A stretch of 64,000 nucleotides of DNA from Selaginella moellendorffii (lineage: Eukaryota > Plantae > Lycopodiophyta). The notes under the pieces were generated by a model. It did no database searches. It was not told the origin of the DNA and worked only from the letters and a program-made list of their open reading frames with translations. The DNA lies in assembly GCF_000143415.4 (NCBI RefSeq), contig NW_003314282.1, positions 593,700 through 657,699 on the forward strand, given 5' to 3'. Position numbers and translations under genes: made by a program. Position 1 is the stretch's first letter, and each line of letters begins with the position of its first letter. Positions 49,844-62,596 of this stretch are shown in pieces.

Positions 49844-50036
49844 CGCGAACCCTAAACCCACTAGAGAGCAATGGTCGCGAGTTCGATACACTTCCAGCGC
49901 TTTTATTAGCCTAGATAGCTAAAAGAGAGAGAACAGAGAAGAATGGCGATCGGCCGTGGGAGGAGGAGGCTATGGCGGCGGCTGGAGCGGCGGCGCGCGG
50001 TCCATCTCGGCGGATTTTGAATGGCAGCAAGCTGGA

Positions 50037-51338
50037 ATGGAGAGCGCTCGATCGGTGAGTGTGATTTTCCACTCCAGCAATGTAGGGTTTGTGATTGGGC
50101 GTGATCGCGGCAGAATGTGGGCGTCCAGCATCGAGCATTCGTCCCGCAGAAGGATCAGAATTTTTCCCTCGGAGCTGCGACTGGGATTCCTGTTCTTCTC
50201 GGACGAGCGGCGCATTTCCCGAATATCGCGTACCGCTGCGTGCAGCCATCCGACTTGGAGATTTTGCAAGAGATCCACGAAGCTCTTTTTCCAATCAAGT
50301 AAGCAAGAGAAGCTCGTCCTCTTCTTCTTCCTCCTCTTCTCTCATTTCTTCTTCTTGGTTTTAAGATCTCAAGTTCTTCTTTTTTGCTGTGATCTTCCTA
50401 GATATGAACTGTTCCTCTCTTCTCTTAGCATTTCTTCTTACTCAATTGGTTTTATGTTCTAAAGTTTTTCTTTGTGGCTGTGATCTATGAAATAGAGTTT
50501 TCTTCTTCTTAGCATTTCTTCTTACTTGGTTTGAAGTTCTCAAGTTCTTTGTTTTTGCTGTGATCTTCCTAGATATGAATTGGAGTTTTTCATGAGCGTC
50601 GTTCATGGGAGAGGAGTTGTCGCTTGGGCTGCCGTCGACACTGGCCGATCAGATGGGCGCGGAGAACAACTCGTCGGTTTTATCACTGCTCGAATGATCA
50701 AAGCATCAGAGGCCGAAGTAAGTTCGTCCACACTCTCCATCTTTTCTCTCTTTTGATCTTTCTTCTTGTTCTAGTTCCAGGGGGAAGATATCCTCGGCTA
50801 CGACGTCCTGAAAGCCGACCGTAACTTGCTCTACATCCTCACTTTGGGAGTCGTCAAGCCATACCGCAACTTTGGAATTGGTATGGATGATCTCTGGCTG
50901 TTCTTCACTTTCTTTTCTTTTTGATACAGCTTCCGCGTTGGTGTGGCAAGTTATCGAGTACGCACGCCGCATCTCCTCTTGCCGAGCAGTCTACTTGCAC
51001 GTCATCGCCTACAACCGAGCAGCCATCAACTTCTACCAGAAGAACACCTTCCGGTGCCTGCGTCGCCTCTCCAAGTTCTACCACATCAATGGCCACCACT
51101 ACGACGCTTACTTGTACATATACTACGTCAACGGCGGGAGGCCGCCTTGCTCGGCACTGTATCCTTTTTTTTCTCCTCGCTTTCTCAGCGATTTGCTCGT
51201 CCTTGACTCACTCCACTCTCGATTTTCAGCGATTTTGCAGCGGCAGCAGGGAGTTTTTTGAAGAACGCGTGCTCGTCACTACTCGCGATGCTCTACAGGC
51301 TGAGAAATGAGAATAGATCGAAGCTCATGGGACCATGA
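50037..51338 (+). CDS. NAA60: GNAT N-acetyltransferase, NAA60/MCC1-like (multi-exon)
   Basis: LFPIK|YE, YILTLGVVKPYRNFGI|AS, AVYLHVIAYNRAAINFY and FYHINGHHYDAYLYIYYVNGGRPPCS motifs. The start exon (MESARS) is inferred. Confidence 0.85.
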
Positions 51339-51662
51339 CGAAGAAACGAGAGACTCTCTCCCAGAGACAAAAAAAACTGTTAAGACTTAACTGTTGCCTT
51401 TAAGTGTGAACGAAGAACCCTAAATTTTGGTCACGGGCTCTTCGTCTTCGTCCGGGAGTGGCGAGGCGGGCGGGCGGGCGATTCACGAAAAGAATCCGCT
51501 ATCCTCGAATGTGGGTCTCCAGTTCCAGGTATCCTCTTCGCATTCATTGATTGATCCGTTCGTTCAAGCCAAAAAGAAATGCCCAGAAGGAGACGCGCTG
51601 GCCGCGCGCTAGGGCCGCGGATTTGAGCTGAATGGTGTGGATGCGCCATGATCTTCCTCAAG

Positions 51663-53582
51663 ATGTTCAACCTTTTTGTCTCGCGGAAGCTTCTCAAGCG
51701 CAAAGACAGTCACGGTTCTTTCTTTTCTCCTTTTTCTTTTCTTTGGCTGGTTCCTTGTTCTTTAGGCAAGATGTTCTAAGTGTTTTCTTCGTTTTTTCTT
51801 GGTTTTTTTGTGTTTCTTCTCAAAGCTTCGGATGTGAATTCTCTCTTTTGATTTTCTCTTCTCTCTTTTTGCCTTTACTTTTTTGGATCCTTGTTCTTAC
51901 CCAAGCGTTTTCTTCTTGGTTTCTTTGCGTTTTCTTGAAAATCTTCTTCGTTTCACTGAGTGATGTGAATTTCTCTTTTGATTTTCTCAAAGTTTTTCTC
52001 TCTCTTTTTGCCTCGAGCTTTTTGGTTCCTTGGGAAAGCTGTTCTAAGCCTTTTCTTCCTTCTTTCTTGGCTTCTTTGTGTTTCTCAAAGCTGATGTGAA
52101 TTCTCTCTTTTGGTTTTTCCAGCTTCGCCAGCTTCTTTGGTGGATGATCTACGCGCATCGCTGCTGAGCGATCTTCGCACGTCCGATGGTGCCAAGAGAC
52201 AACAGCAGCGTTTCTGCGGCCCCAGTGCCGCTCTAACTTTCAACTTCCTCGTTGCGGTGGCCATCATATTGATGAACAAATCGGTTGAGTAGAGCTCATT
52301 CTCTTTTTCTTTCCTTCGTCTACTTATCCAGAGTTTTACTCTCAGGTTCTTGGCAGAGTTGGATTTAACTTTCCCATAGCGCTCACATTCTTGCACTACT
52401 CCGTAAGCTGGATTTTCATGTGTATATTGAATGCCTGTTCGCTTCTCCCGGCCGCTCCTCCGCTCAAAGCAACGCCAATCTCGTCACTCTTTGGTCTCGG
52501 CATTGTCATGGCGTTTTCCAACGGACTCGCGAACGTCAGTCTGAAATACAACAGGTATCACGTTTCTTCTTCTTTATTTCTTTGCTTCTTAGTTTCTAAC
52601 TTCACGTTTTCTCCCGATGATATCGCAGTGTAGGATTCTACCAAATGGCCAAGATCGCAGTCACACCTACGATTGTATTGTCCGAATTCATGCTCTTCGC
52701 AAAGAGAGTTTCCATCCAAAAGGTGACTGAGTTGAGCAACTTTGGTGTGTTTCTTAGATGTTTTTCTTTCAGGTGCTAGCTTTAGCTGTTGTTTCCGTGG
52801 GAGTGGCCATTGCCACCGTCACAGACTTACAGTTCCACTTGTTCGGAGCTCTGGTAGCAGTAGCGTGGATCATCCCCAGCGCGATCAACAAGATCCTCTG
52901 GTCGAATCTACAACAGCAAGAAGGCTGGACGGCGCTTGCGTAAGCTGCTGCCTCCTTTTCACCCCCTCTCCGGCGCTGATATTGGTAGTCCATTCTAATA
53001 CACGATTGAACGTACCATCTCTTTCAAGCTGGAGACTAAAACTCTCTCTTTTTCCAGGCTTATGTGGAGAACCACTCCGATAACTCTCCTCACGCTTCTC
53101 ATCCTCATGCCGTGGCTCGATCCACCGGGATTTTTTTCGTTCCAATGGAGTTTCTTTAGCACAGCCGCGGTGCTATCGTCCGCTGTTCTTGGATTTCTTC
53201 TTCAGTGGTCTGGAGCTCTAGCACTCGGGTAGGATCTTCTTTTCTTTCTTCTCCAGCCCAGGAAAAAAAACGTGAAATCTTTCTTTCCTCGTGAAAACAG
53301 TGCCACTTCCGCGACGACTCATGTGGTTCTCGGACAGTTTAAGACGTGCGTTATACTTCTCGGCGGTTACGTTTTCTTCCACTCCAATCCAGGATCCAAG
53401 AGCCTCTCCGGCGCGACCATGNNNNNNNNNNNNNNNNNNNNNNNNNNNNNNNNNNNNNNNNNNNNNNNNNNNNNNNNNNNNNNNNNNNNNNNNNNNNNNN
53501 NNNNNNNNNNNNNNNNNNNNNATCATCCACAAAGAAGCTAAGCCGAGCAGCAGTTGCTCACGAGAGCCAAGAATCCGTCTAG
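51663..53582 (+). CDS. Nucleotide-sugar transporter (TPT/NST family, At5g57100/At5g55950-like), spans an N gap
   Basis: RKLLKRKDS; CGPSAALTFNFLVAVAIILMNK; NVSLKYNS|VGFYQMAKIAVTP; ATSATTHVVLGQFKTCVILLGG. Probable end ...SQESV*. Confidence 0.88.
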
Positions 53583-53704
53583 CAGCGTAGAAAAGCTCCT
53601 CTCAGAGAAAAGAGAAGTGTACATAGCTAGAGAGAAAAGAACACGGGTTTGAAGCTCTGCAAAGTTTGTAAGCTTTATTTGACGAGTGAGAAGAACGAAC
53701 TTAC

Positions 53705-54028
53705 TCATGATGACGTCCCACAAAACTCCGACTTACATTCTCTCGCGACTCGAGTGAAGTTGGAGGAGGTCTTGTAACTGGAGTAGCCGGTGTTGCAGAA
53801 GCAGGACGCCGAGAGAGGATTGTTCTCGTACTGTGTGCAGCAGCTCACGAAGCAAGCCACCCCGGGAGAGCTGCAAAAATCGATGCAGCCGGCCACTTCG
53901 CTCGCATACTTCACACACTCGGGAGAGATACTGGCATTCCCCGCTGCAGTAGTCCATGGAACCATGCTGGACAGCGAGAGCACCAAGATCACGGGAAGAA
54001 CTACCAGAAGTACTGCTGCCTGCTTCAT
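53705..54028 (-). CDS. Small secreted Cys-rich protein, nsLTP/prolamin 8CM-like with 10 Cys
   Basis: Hydrophobic signal peptide and pattern C-X9-C-X3-C-X6-C-X3-CC-X11-CXC-X19-C-X4-C. TA-rich TATA-like run at ~54081-54090. A GT..AG intron candidate follows the stop. Confidence 0.75.
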   Translation of the reverse strand: MKQAAVLLVVLPVILVLSLSSMVPWTTAAGNASISPECVKYASEVAGCIDFCSSPGVACFVSCCTQYENNPLSASCFCNTGYSSYKTSSNFTRVARECKSEFCGTSS

Positions 54029-54282
54029 CTCTGCTGATTCTCTGTCCTGTAACCCCTGTGCTTCTCTGCCTTTCCTGTGAATATATATATCCAAAAGGCC
54101 ATCTTCGTTCAACCTTCCCCATCGCTGCTTTGTCAAAGAATACGTGGAACGCATCGCGGTGGCAGCCGTTTATTGCGTGTCTCAATTGTCCACGGCAGCC
54201 CGGCCACCACGTTCCTTCCTTATTGAATTTACACCATCACCCCCGTCGTGATCCAAAAACAAAAATTTCCTGACGAGGATTT

Positions 54283-57200
54283 TTACAGCAGCATCCTCTC
54301 GGGGTCCTGCAAATTGGCTGAGAGAGCCTCTAGCAGCCGACCTGAATGGAGGGAAGTGTAATTTATTACGTGAAGGAAGAAAGAACAGAGTGCTCTTACC
54401 TGCGATTGTGGTGTCAAAAACTCTGTTGTCTGCCGATAAAGTCATGCCCATCTTGGTCACGGTACGTGGCCTTCCTCCGCTTTCCGAACAGTCTTCCCAG
54501 ACAACGACTTTCTCGCCTTTGCCAACAGCAAGAATGCAAGCCTGAAATTAAACAATAAATTGATGGTTGATTAATAGCAACTTATAGTCGTACCTGGGGT
54601 GGATTGATAATAGCACAGAATCTGTCCACAGGGAACATTCCAAGATTCGAGATACTGTTAAGATTTAAACCATTAGCCATCCCTCAAAAAATTTCATAGC
54701 ACATAGCCAACCTGAACGTGCCTCCTTGGAATTCCTCAGGTTTCAGCTTCCCAGTTCTTGCTCTTTCGGCAAGAGCTTTCACCTGACAGTGCACGAGGAT
54801 TTCAGAAACTAGTGACGTTGAGTTAAAGGATCTTACCTCCGTCGAGATTGCAGACAAAGTCTTCAAATCCGCATTCTTTAGAATTGGAGTAATCAAGCCC
54901 TGCAACACAGCACACAATCGGAGTTAAAACTTGGATCAAAATAATATTTTCGTACCTTATCAGTAGCAACTGCTATGGAGATATCTATTGTTTTGTGGAA
55001 AACTATCTCTCCAGCCTTCTCATCCCAAAAAGCTGAAAAACATTACACCCGGAAGTCATAAGACTTTGAAAAAGAACCACGTCTTACCATTTGCTTCGGG
55101 CACGGATCTTAACGCAAGAGCCGTCGCTCTTATCACGAAATCATTAACCGAAACAGCAGCACCATGTTTCTCTGTAAAAGGAAAACGAATGAGCACAAAC
55201 ACAAAGGCGAACTGAACAACTGACCTTTCATCTCTTTTCTTAACAACAATGTCGAATCAAGAATCGCGTCTGCACATAAACATACACAATAAGCTCCAAT
55301 CTTAAAGAGTTTTCCCAGACAAGTGACTGACTGACCAGCAGATATGTAGAAGTGAGGAATACCAAACTTGGACTCGATCAGCCTCTTCGCAATGATCTAC
55401 AGTAAGATGGTCACGAGAAAAGCTGTGACGAAATAACCAAACCAAGAATAACTTACTCTTCTGATCTGACTAGTGGGTATATCCTCAAAATCCAAAGACG
55501 TGGGAGGTGACGGGCGAGACTTAGCATCCTTTGGAGGTTTCCCAGGTTTCGTGCCACCTTTAATGGCAGCCAAAACATCACCTTTCAAAACCACCCCCCG
55601 AGGACCTGTACCATTTATGGATGAAGCATCCAACCCGCTTTCAGCAAGTAACCTTCTTACTGATGGGCCTACTCTTGACAAAGCCTTAGAACCAGCAGCT
55701 GCTGGAGGTTTGGACATCACGGAAACCTTGCTAGGAGCATCTGCCTGTGGTTTTCCCTCGGTCTTTGTGGCAGAGGGCTGACCACTAAAATCAGCAGCAG
55801 CTACTTTCGCAATATCTTCTTCATTCTCGACCTGGAGAAACACAATAAGAACCTACAAGGAGTGGAATCACGTACCATGACTCCGATAGTTTGACCAATC
55901 GGCACATTCTTCGATCCTGAAGGAGATGCTATCTTAGCCAAAAACCTGAAAATAAACAACAGTTCTTAGGTCAGTGTAAAGAAAACAAGAAGAGGCGTAG
56001 AAACGATGGACATACCCTTCTTCCACCGACTCAAAATCCACTGTTGCTTTATCCGTTTCTATTGTACAGAGAACATCCCCCGCGGAGACCTGTGTAGTTT
56101 ATTAAAGACTGACCGGATGAAACACGAAGGCTAAAGTATTACCTTGTCTCTTTCCTTTTTTTTCCATTCCACAATGTTTCCTTGCGTCTGCACGAGTATT
56201 AAACTAGTTTATTTGCCTCGATATCGGTAGAAAACTGCATACCATAGTTGGAGACAATGCTGGCATCCCAAGAACAATGTGCGGCGGCAAGTTCGATGCT
56301 GGGGGAGGCTTGACGTTGGCTTGCTGTGCTGTGGACGATGGCTTCGATGAGGGCTGTGCTTCCTTTTTGGCTGCCGGGGGAGCAGCAAAATCACTGCTCG
56401 ACACTTTACCGATATCAGACGCGTCCTCTACCTAGTACGCAAGCATATACTGCTCAGTTGACTCTGCTATAAAGACTTAAAAGCCTACCATAACTCCGAT
56501 TGTCTGACCAACTGAAACGTTGTTTGTGCCCCCCGGGACCAGGATCTTTGCTAGAAATCTGCATGGAGTTTGTAAGAAACGTAAGACTCTTAACAGGTCA
56601 CGTACGCACCCTTCCTCCACAGACTCGAAATCGACAGTAGCCTTGTCAGTTTCTATCACGCACAGAACATCTCCCGGGGACACCTGTGGTATAAGGACAG
56701 CATGAACTGACCAGTAGCAAAGATTTGCTATTGAGTACCTTGTCACCCTCTTTCTTTTTCCACTGTATAACGTTTCCCTGTGTCTGCACAATCACCTCGG
56801 TAAATACCTCAAAGTATCAAACTAAAGAAAAACTCCATACCATAGTGGGAGAAAGCGCGGGCATTCCGAGAACGATAGCGGGAGGCTCTGAGAAAATAAA
56901 TCATCCATGGAATCCCTCGTAAAGGAAAAAGCAACCAAAAAAATCGCACATACCGCCAGAGGCAAAGCATCGAATTCCGGGCACTGACTGGCAAAAAAAA
57001 CTGGTTATTTTTCTCGCAGAAAGATCAAAGCGTTCCAAAAAGCTGGCTACTTACCAACGACGCCGGCTTCCATGCTTGAACCGCGATCGCGTTCGTCGAT
57101 CTAGAAAAAATAAAATTCAAGCGATGGAGCAGCTCAAGAGAGATTCCATTCCAATGCGCAAGTCTACCTGAACAAGGATTGCGCATCAAAGCAGCAGCTC

Positions 57201-57340
57201 TCCGGTGGTCTGCAATCCCAAATTCAGTCATCGAGAAGCTAGAACCGGAGCATTGCGCGATCGGAGTACCTGAGAAAGTGGGAATTGGAGAATCGAAGTG
57301 CCGCGGGACGAAGCGCCCGAATCAGGCGCCGTGCCGCCAT
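54283..57340 (-). CDS. LTA3: Mitochondrial pyruvate dehydrogenase E2 (dihydrolipoamide acetyltransferase), two-lipoyl type, many short exons
   Basis: Arg-rich presequence; two lipoyl domains (MPALSPTM...[12 protein letters not shown] x2); subunit-binding domain ([13 protein letters not shown]); catalytic domain (GGTFS|ISNLGMF...IINPPQ). The active-site motif reads DNRVFDT. Confidence 0.9.
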
Positions 57341-57367
57341 CGCGGATCCCCCTCCGCCCTAATCCTC

Positions 57368-57376
57368 AAACCCTAA
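57368..57376 (+). promoter_or_regulatory. Telo-box AAACCCTAA upstream of the E2 gene
   Basis: Exact motif ~30 bp upstream of ATG 57340. Related AACCCTA motifs lie near the starts of PCS, the TNO1-like/NAA60 pair and the transporter. Confidence 0.45.
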
Positions 57377-57513
57377 TGCCACATTTTCGAGAAACCTCTG
57401 TTTTTATAAAATCGAAAGCTTTGTTCTTCTACATAGGATTAGAGCTAGAAAGAAAGCTTCCATGCTCGCCGTATCTCCATTTCTCAGCTCTTCCTCTCAA
57501 ATATCCTCTTGTT

Positions 57514-57555
<42 letters not shown>

Positions 57556-57576
57556 AGATAGAAAATCCACGAAGCA

Positions 57577-60041
57577 CTACAGACCCAAGAGCACGTAATA
57601 CAAGAGAGTGATTGGAAATGACACGAGCATGCCGAAGATGACCCTGTAGAAAAAGAAAAGTTCGAGAAAATGAGCAAAGAATGAGCAAAGCGATCGAATT
57701 TTCACGCAAAGATCCGAAAAAAAGCGAGGGAGGAACCGAGGCTTACGCGGTGCTCAAAATGTCGGGATGGACATTATACTCCTTGGCGAAAACAAAAGGC
57801 ACGATTCCTTGAGGCAGTGCGGCCTACAAGAAAAAAGATGGAGGAGAGAAAAGTTAGAAATCCTTTCCAGTGATTGAAACTTTTTGCGAGCGCTTGAAAC
57901 GTACCTGGACGATGGAGACTTTGAGCTCCACACTCCGGAGTCCACAGGCGATGGACGCGGCCGCCATGACCGCCGGGCCGGTGAGAAATCGCACCACCAT
58001 GCCGTAGATCGCCAGAGAAGTTCCACACGCCAAAAGTCTCTTCTGGAGAGCCATGAAAAGTCCTGCTCGCGAAGAACAATCGTCAAAAACTCTCCAGAAA
58101 GAAAACATATGATCTTCACGCACCCAAGCTGAACATAGCCATCCCCAGGCCAGCTCTGGAGAGAATTGTGATGGACTTGTCGACGATCACAGGCATTTCG
58201 ATGTGCCACCTTAGAAAAACGAAGAAAAAAAAAAGAGGTTTTGAGAAGATCTCCGGAAGAACGAGAAAAAGATTTAACTTACTTGAACGAGATGAGAGCC
58301 CAGATAACTCCAATCAAGCTCGAGTAAGTGTTGGGATTGCGAACAAGCTTTCGCCACACCATGCTCAGTATCACCCTCGTCATAATCCGAGCCGGAGGCA
58401 TCTCGGCCTTGTTGTCGCCGTCTTTCGGAGCCAGCTCCGCCGTGGAGCTGGATCCAATCTTGGTGAGGCTTGGCCCCTCTTTATCCGCGATCATGGATTC
58501 ATCCCCGCGGAAGCTCGGCCTGTTGCCAAAACTAAAGTCGTCTCGATCGTACTCGTCATACTGTCGGCCCGGAACTGCAAGACAACACGAGTCCACAAAG
58601 TCAAGCCGGGAAATGCTTATAAATCACGAGAGCTACGTAACGTTTCTGGCTGCAAGCACTGCTTCGAGCAAGCCGGGGATGCGAAGAGCAGATGAAAGAG
58701 TGAAGCTTGCTTACCGGATTGATGAGCGAGTGGCGATAGTCTCTCTTTCAAGTCTCCTCCATTAATGTTGTTGTTCGTGGTGGTGGTGGCAGTATAGTCC
58801 GAAGTTCCACCATAGCCACCAAGAACACCACCGTGTTGCTGCTGCTGGTGCTGCGGATGAGCTTCCGAGACTGGCGAGGCGCTGGAGCTCCACACGAACA
58901 TGTGGAGATCTTTGGCGTTTGGATCCTCGGCCGCTACCGCCGACCTGTTGTTGTGGACGAGCTTTGGAGAAGCGCGGAGTTCTCCTCCGTGGTGATGCTT
59001 TGGAGAGAATCCAAAGCCGCCATCGCCGGGCTTTGGAAAGATGGAGCTGCTGCTGTTGTAGAGCGGGAAGCGAGGTGACGGCGAGGCGGCGGCGGCATTG
59101 TTGAGAGCTCGCGAGTTCTCCTCGTTGAAGTTGGAGGTTCTCGGCGTCGGACCGCGCGACGAGTGGAGCGAGTAGACATCCGTGTTGGTGAAATTCGACT
59201 GCCGCGGTGGTGGGATGTTGGTGAAGCTCATGAGCGAGTAGAAGTCATTCCGGTTGAAGCTCGACTCTCTCGGAGTCAAGTTCCGCGACGAATGCATCGA
59301 GTAAATCTCCGCTCCGGTGAGGTTGGAGGGCCGGGGTGTGAGCGCTTTGGACGACGGCATGGATCTGAGACCCACGGATCTCCTCGGCGAGAGCATGGAG
59401 TGGTGCGAGGACACCGACTTCCTCACGGTGACGTGAATCTTTCCATCGTCGCCCACCTCGGCGTCGGTCTGGAGCGGCTCGCGGCCGTCGAGCGAAACCA
59501 CGTCCGACTCGATCTTGAACGAGATGATGGATCCGGCGGTGTCGGGGAACTGTTCTTGGATGAGCAACTTCGCGCTGCGGTACTCGTAGAGGAAGAGTAG
59601 AAAGGTGTACCAGATGACGCACTGGAGCACCACCGCCTGGACGATCAATCCACCGGGCTTGGCTCCATACATGGCTGCCAGGAGTGGAATTCCCATCACC
59701 AGCGTGTTTGGAAGCGTGGCGAGCATGAACAAGGTGATGAGCCACTCGAGGCTGCCGTGGCGCGACAACTTGACCCAGAGCGCGAGCGCGGCGAGAATTG
59801 CGAGCTTCTGGACGATGTCGGCGGCGATGAACTTGAGATTCATGGCGTAGGGGTTGTTGCTGCTGACGATCTCGAACGAGAGCAGCGGCACCGCGAAGAT
59901 GGCGACGAAGCGATTGATCCCGCCGCACTGCTCCGGCGTGAGGATCCCCCACCACCTCACCGAGCCGTAGGCCAGGATCATCGCGACGTAGAGTGGCACC
60001 ACGGCGCTCAGCACGGTGTAGAGATCATGGAGACTTATCAT
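57577..60041 (-). CDS. PIN: Canonical (long-loop) PIN auxin efflux carrier
   Basis: [31 protein letters not shown]; three TPRxS motifs; [14 protein letters not shown]; NPNTY; [16 protein letters not shown]; terminal [21 protein letters not shown]. Confidence 0.97.
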
Positions 60042-60255
60042 CTTTGCTCCTCCTCCGTGTTCGTGGAGCTGGAACTCCTCCTTTTCTTCCGCGGCTCGAT
60101 CGATCAAACAGCTTTTCTACGGACCAGGTACGCTCGTCATTCCTGGAAAGGAGGAGAAAAGGCGTTAAAGTCGGTCGATCGATCGCGATGATCACAAGAC
60201 TAGAACGAGAGGGAACAAGAGCGAGAGAGAGAGAGAGAGAGAAAACAAGAGCGAG

Positions 60256-60290
<35 letters not shown>

Positions 60291-62596
60291 TGTAAGGAAT
60301 GTAAGAATGTAGTAGCATACCTTTGATGAATTCGTTGCGAGCTCTAGCATCGCGCGCTGCTATGCCAGTTCTTCTCTTAAATGCCTCCCAAGAACACTCA
60401 ACGGTGCCGCGGCATTCTCTTTACGCCGCTCAATCAATGCTCTTGATGCTCGATCGAGCGCCGGGGGTGGCTGCCCTGATCTGTCACTCTCCCAGACGAT
60501 CCAGGCACTGGCCTTAAAGCATCCAGCGATCGACCAATCGCGAGCTCCCTCTATCTTGCGATCCTAGCTCGCTCCCTGCGCGCTCGCTTACAAATCCGAG
60601 AAGAGGTTGAGAGCCCAGGCAATGCTGCTGCTGCTGCTCGTCCTGCCGCATTCGCATTCGCCGCTGCCGAATCGCTCGCCGCCGCTGCTGCATGCGCATT
60701 CGCATGCTCGCGCCGATTGATCCAATCGATGCTCCGTCTCGATCGAAAACCCCAAAACCGGAAAGAAAGAGAGAGGGGAGTGAGAAGAAGAATTCCTTCC
60801 TCGAGAGAATGGAGTAGAAGAAGAAGAAAGAGCCCTTCTCTCTCTTTCTTTCCTCAGTGTCCCACAGTACCACAGCATTATGCCCTGGCCTGGCACAGTT
60901 CTGGAATCTGGAATGTCACTGGCCCACTGGCGCGGGCCATTCCGGATCGGAATGGGCGGGGCCAGTGGACGAGGATCGCATCGCCACGTCACCCTGCCCC
61001 TCCTCTGGGGGACACCCCGCCACATCAGCGCCATTTTCGAAGCGTGGTTACTCGTAATCTGGTCTTACAACATCAATCCCCTCATAAACAAAGCCAGGAA
61101 ATTTTTACACTTGACGGGTGAAATGGGTGAAAAGGTTAAAGTTTTTTTTATTTCCCCCGTATGTCTCCATCTCTCGACCAACATCCTACAGAGAGAGACT
61201 CACGGGTCTCCTCGAAAAGAAAAAGACTCTATACACCAGAAATCTCTCTCGCGGATTAATTCCAATTTCTATACCTTGGAAGCTAATGTATGGGAATATC
61301 TAATATGCCCGGCGCACATGCAGCGCCAACCCTAAAAATTGGGAGCAACACTCACATCGATACAACTAAGTTTGAGTTGGGACGAGACACGCAAAGCGGG
61401 GATTGTTTTTAAGGGGGCATATCTCCTCCCGTCTCCTCTGATCCGCCATTTCACCAAAACACAGTATAGTACTGAAAAAAGGCGCAAATCTTACGATTAA
61501 AACTTTGTGTGGCATGCATGCTTGTCTCTGTCTGTTTGGGGACTGGCGCTCAGAAATCTGGTGCAGAACGAATCTTTCTTAGCTTACAAAAACAATTGTC
61601 TCTCTCACCCGCTCTGCTGCTCAGTATTTTTGCGAGAGAATTTGCATCGCATCGCTCTACCATACCAGCCACAGGCAGAAAACAGAACGGAAGCAGAACG
61701 CAGAAAGCAGAATGCAGAAGCAGGAATGCAATCGATTTTTCAACTAACAGAGGGGATATGATGATGAAGAGTTCCACTCCTAAATCCGGAAACACGGCGC
61801 ACGCTACGCGCTACTCCTTGCTTGCTGCCAACCTGCAAAGGCATATAATGTTTTCGTATTACCCTGCCTTTGCATAATCAGGTGACAAATCACACAACTT
61901 GACCTGCTATTGTATTTTCAAGCTAGACATAACTTGTACACTCTGGAGTTCTTTCCACAGCTGATATGCAACTATGATTTTGCTATTACCCCACCTTCTC
62001 GCCTAATCAGACGACAAATCAGATCAACAACACACCAACTTGATCTGCCCAATTGTGTTTTTAAGCTAGGGACAGCATCTTTGCTTCTGCACGCTCTGGA
62101 ATTCTTCCACCAGTGATATGAAACTATGATTTCGGATTTGCAGCAAAAGCTCCGTGTATGAGTGGGAAAAATCTGTGCCTTGGGAATTTAGTAGTGTTAG
62201 ATATTTCATCCAAATGATGATTATTGGTGATTTCGTGAATATATCTTTCTCCTTTTCCTATTTTGCATTTGTAGCCGGGGAACCACTTTTGCTCGCCATT
62301 CAACGTGCAGCATGGGCCAACACCCAAGGAAAAAGTTGGCGAGGGACAGCGACAAAACCTTGTCAAATTTTTCACTCATCACTTCACATGCCAAAAAATC
62401 CATCCATCCAACCATGCTTTTAGACGAGGAAAACAAAGAATACATACAAATCTCAGTCATACATAGCTTGCGGACAAGACTCTTTTCTAGCTTTTGACCG
62501 CGCCTCTCCACATTCCCGCGAGCTGGTAAATCTCGCTACTTTTTTTAAAAATTAGGGCTCTTCACAAGTGCCCTAAAAACAGGGCTGCTCGTCGCG

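Noticed and set aside
51632-52158. Phe-rich and Lys-rich ORFs
   Set aside because: They are the pyrimidine-rich first intron of the transporter gene read in either direction.
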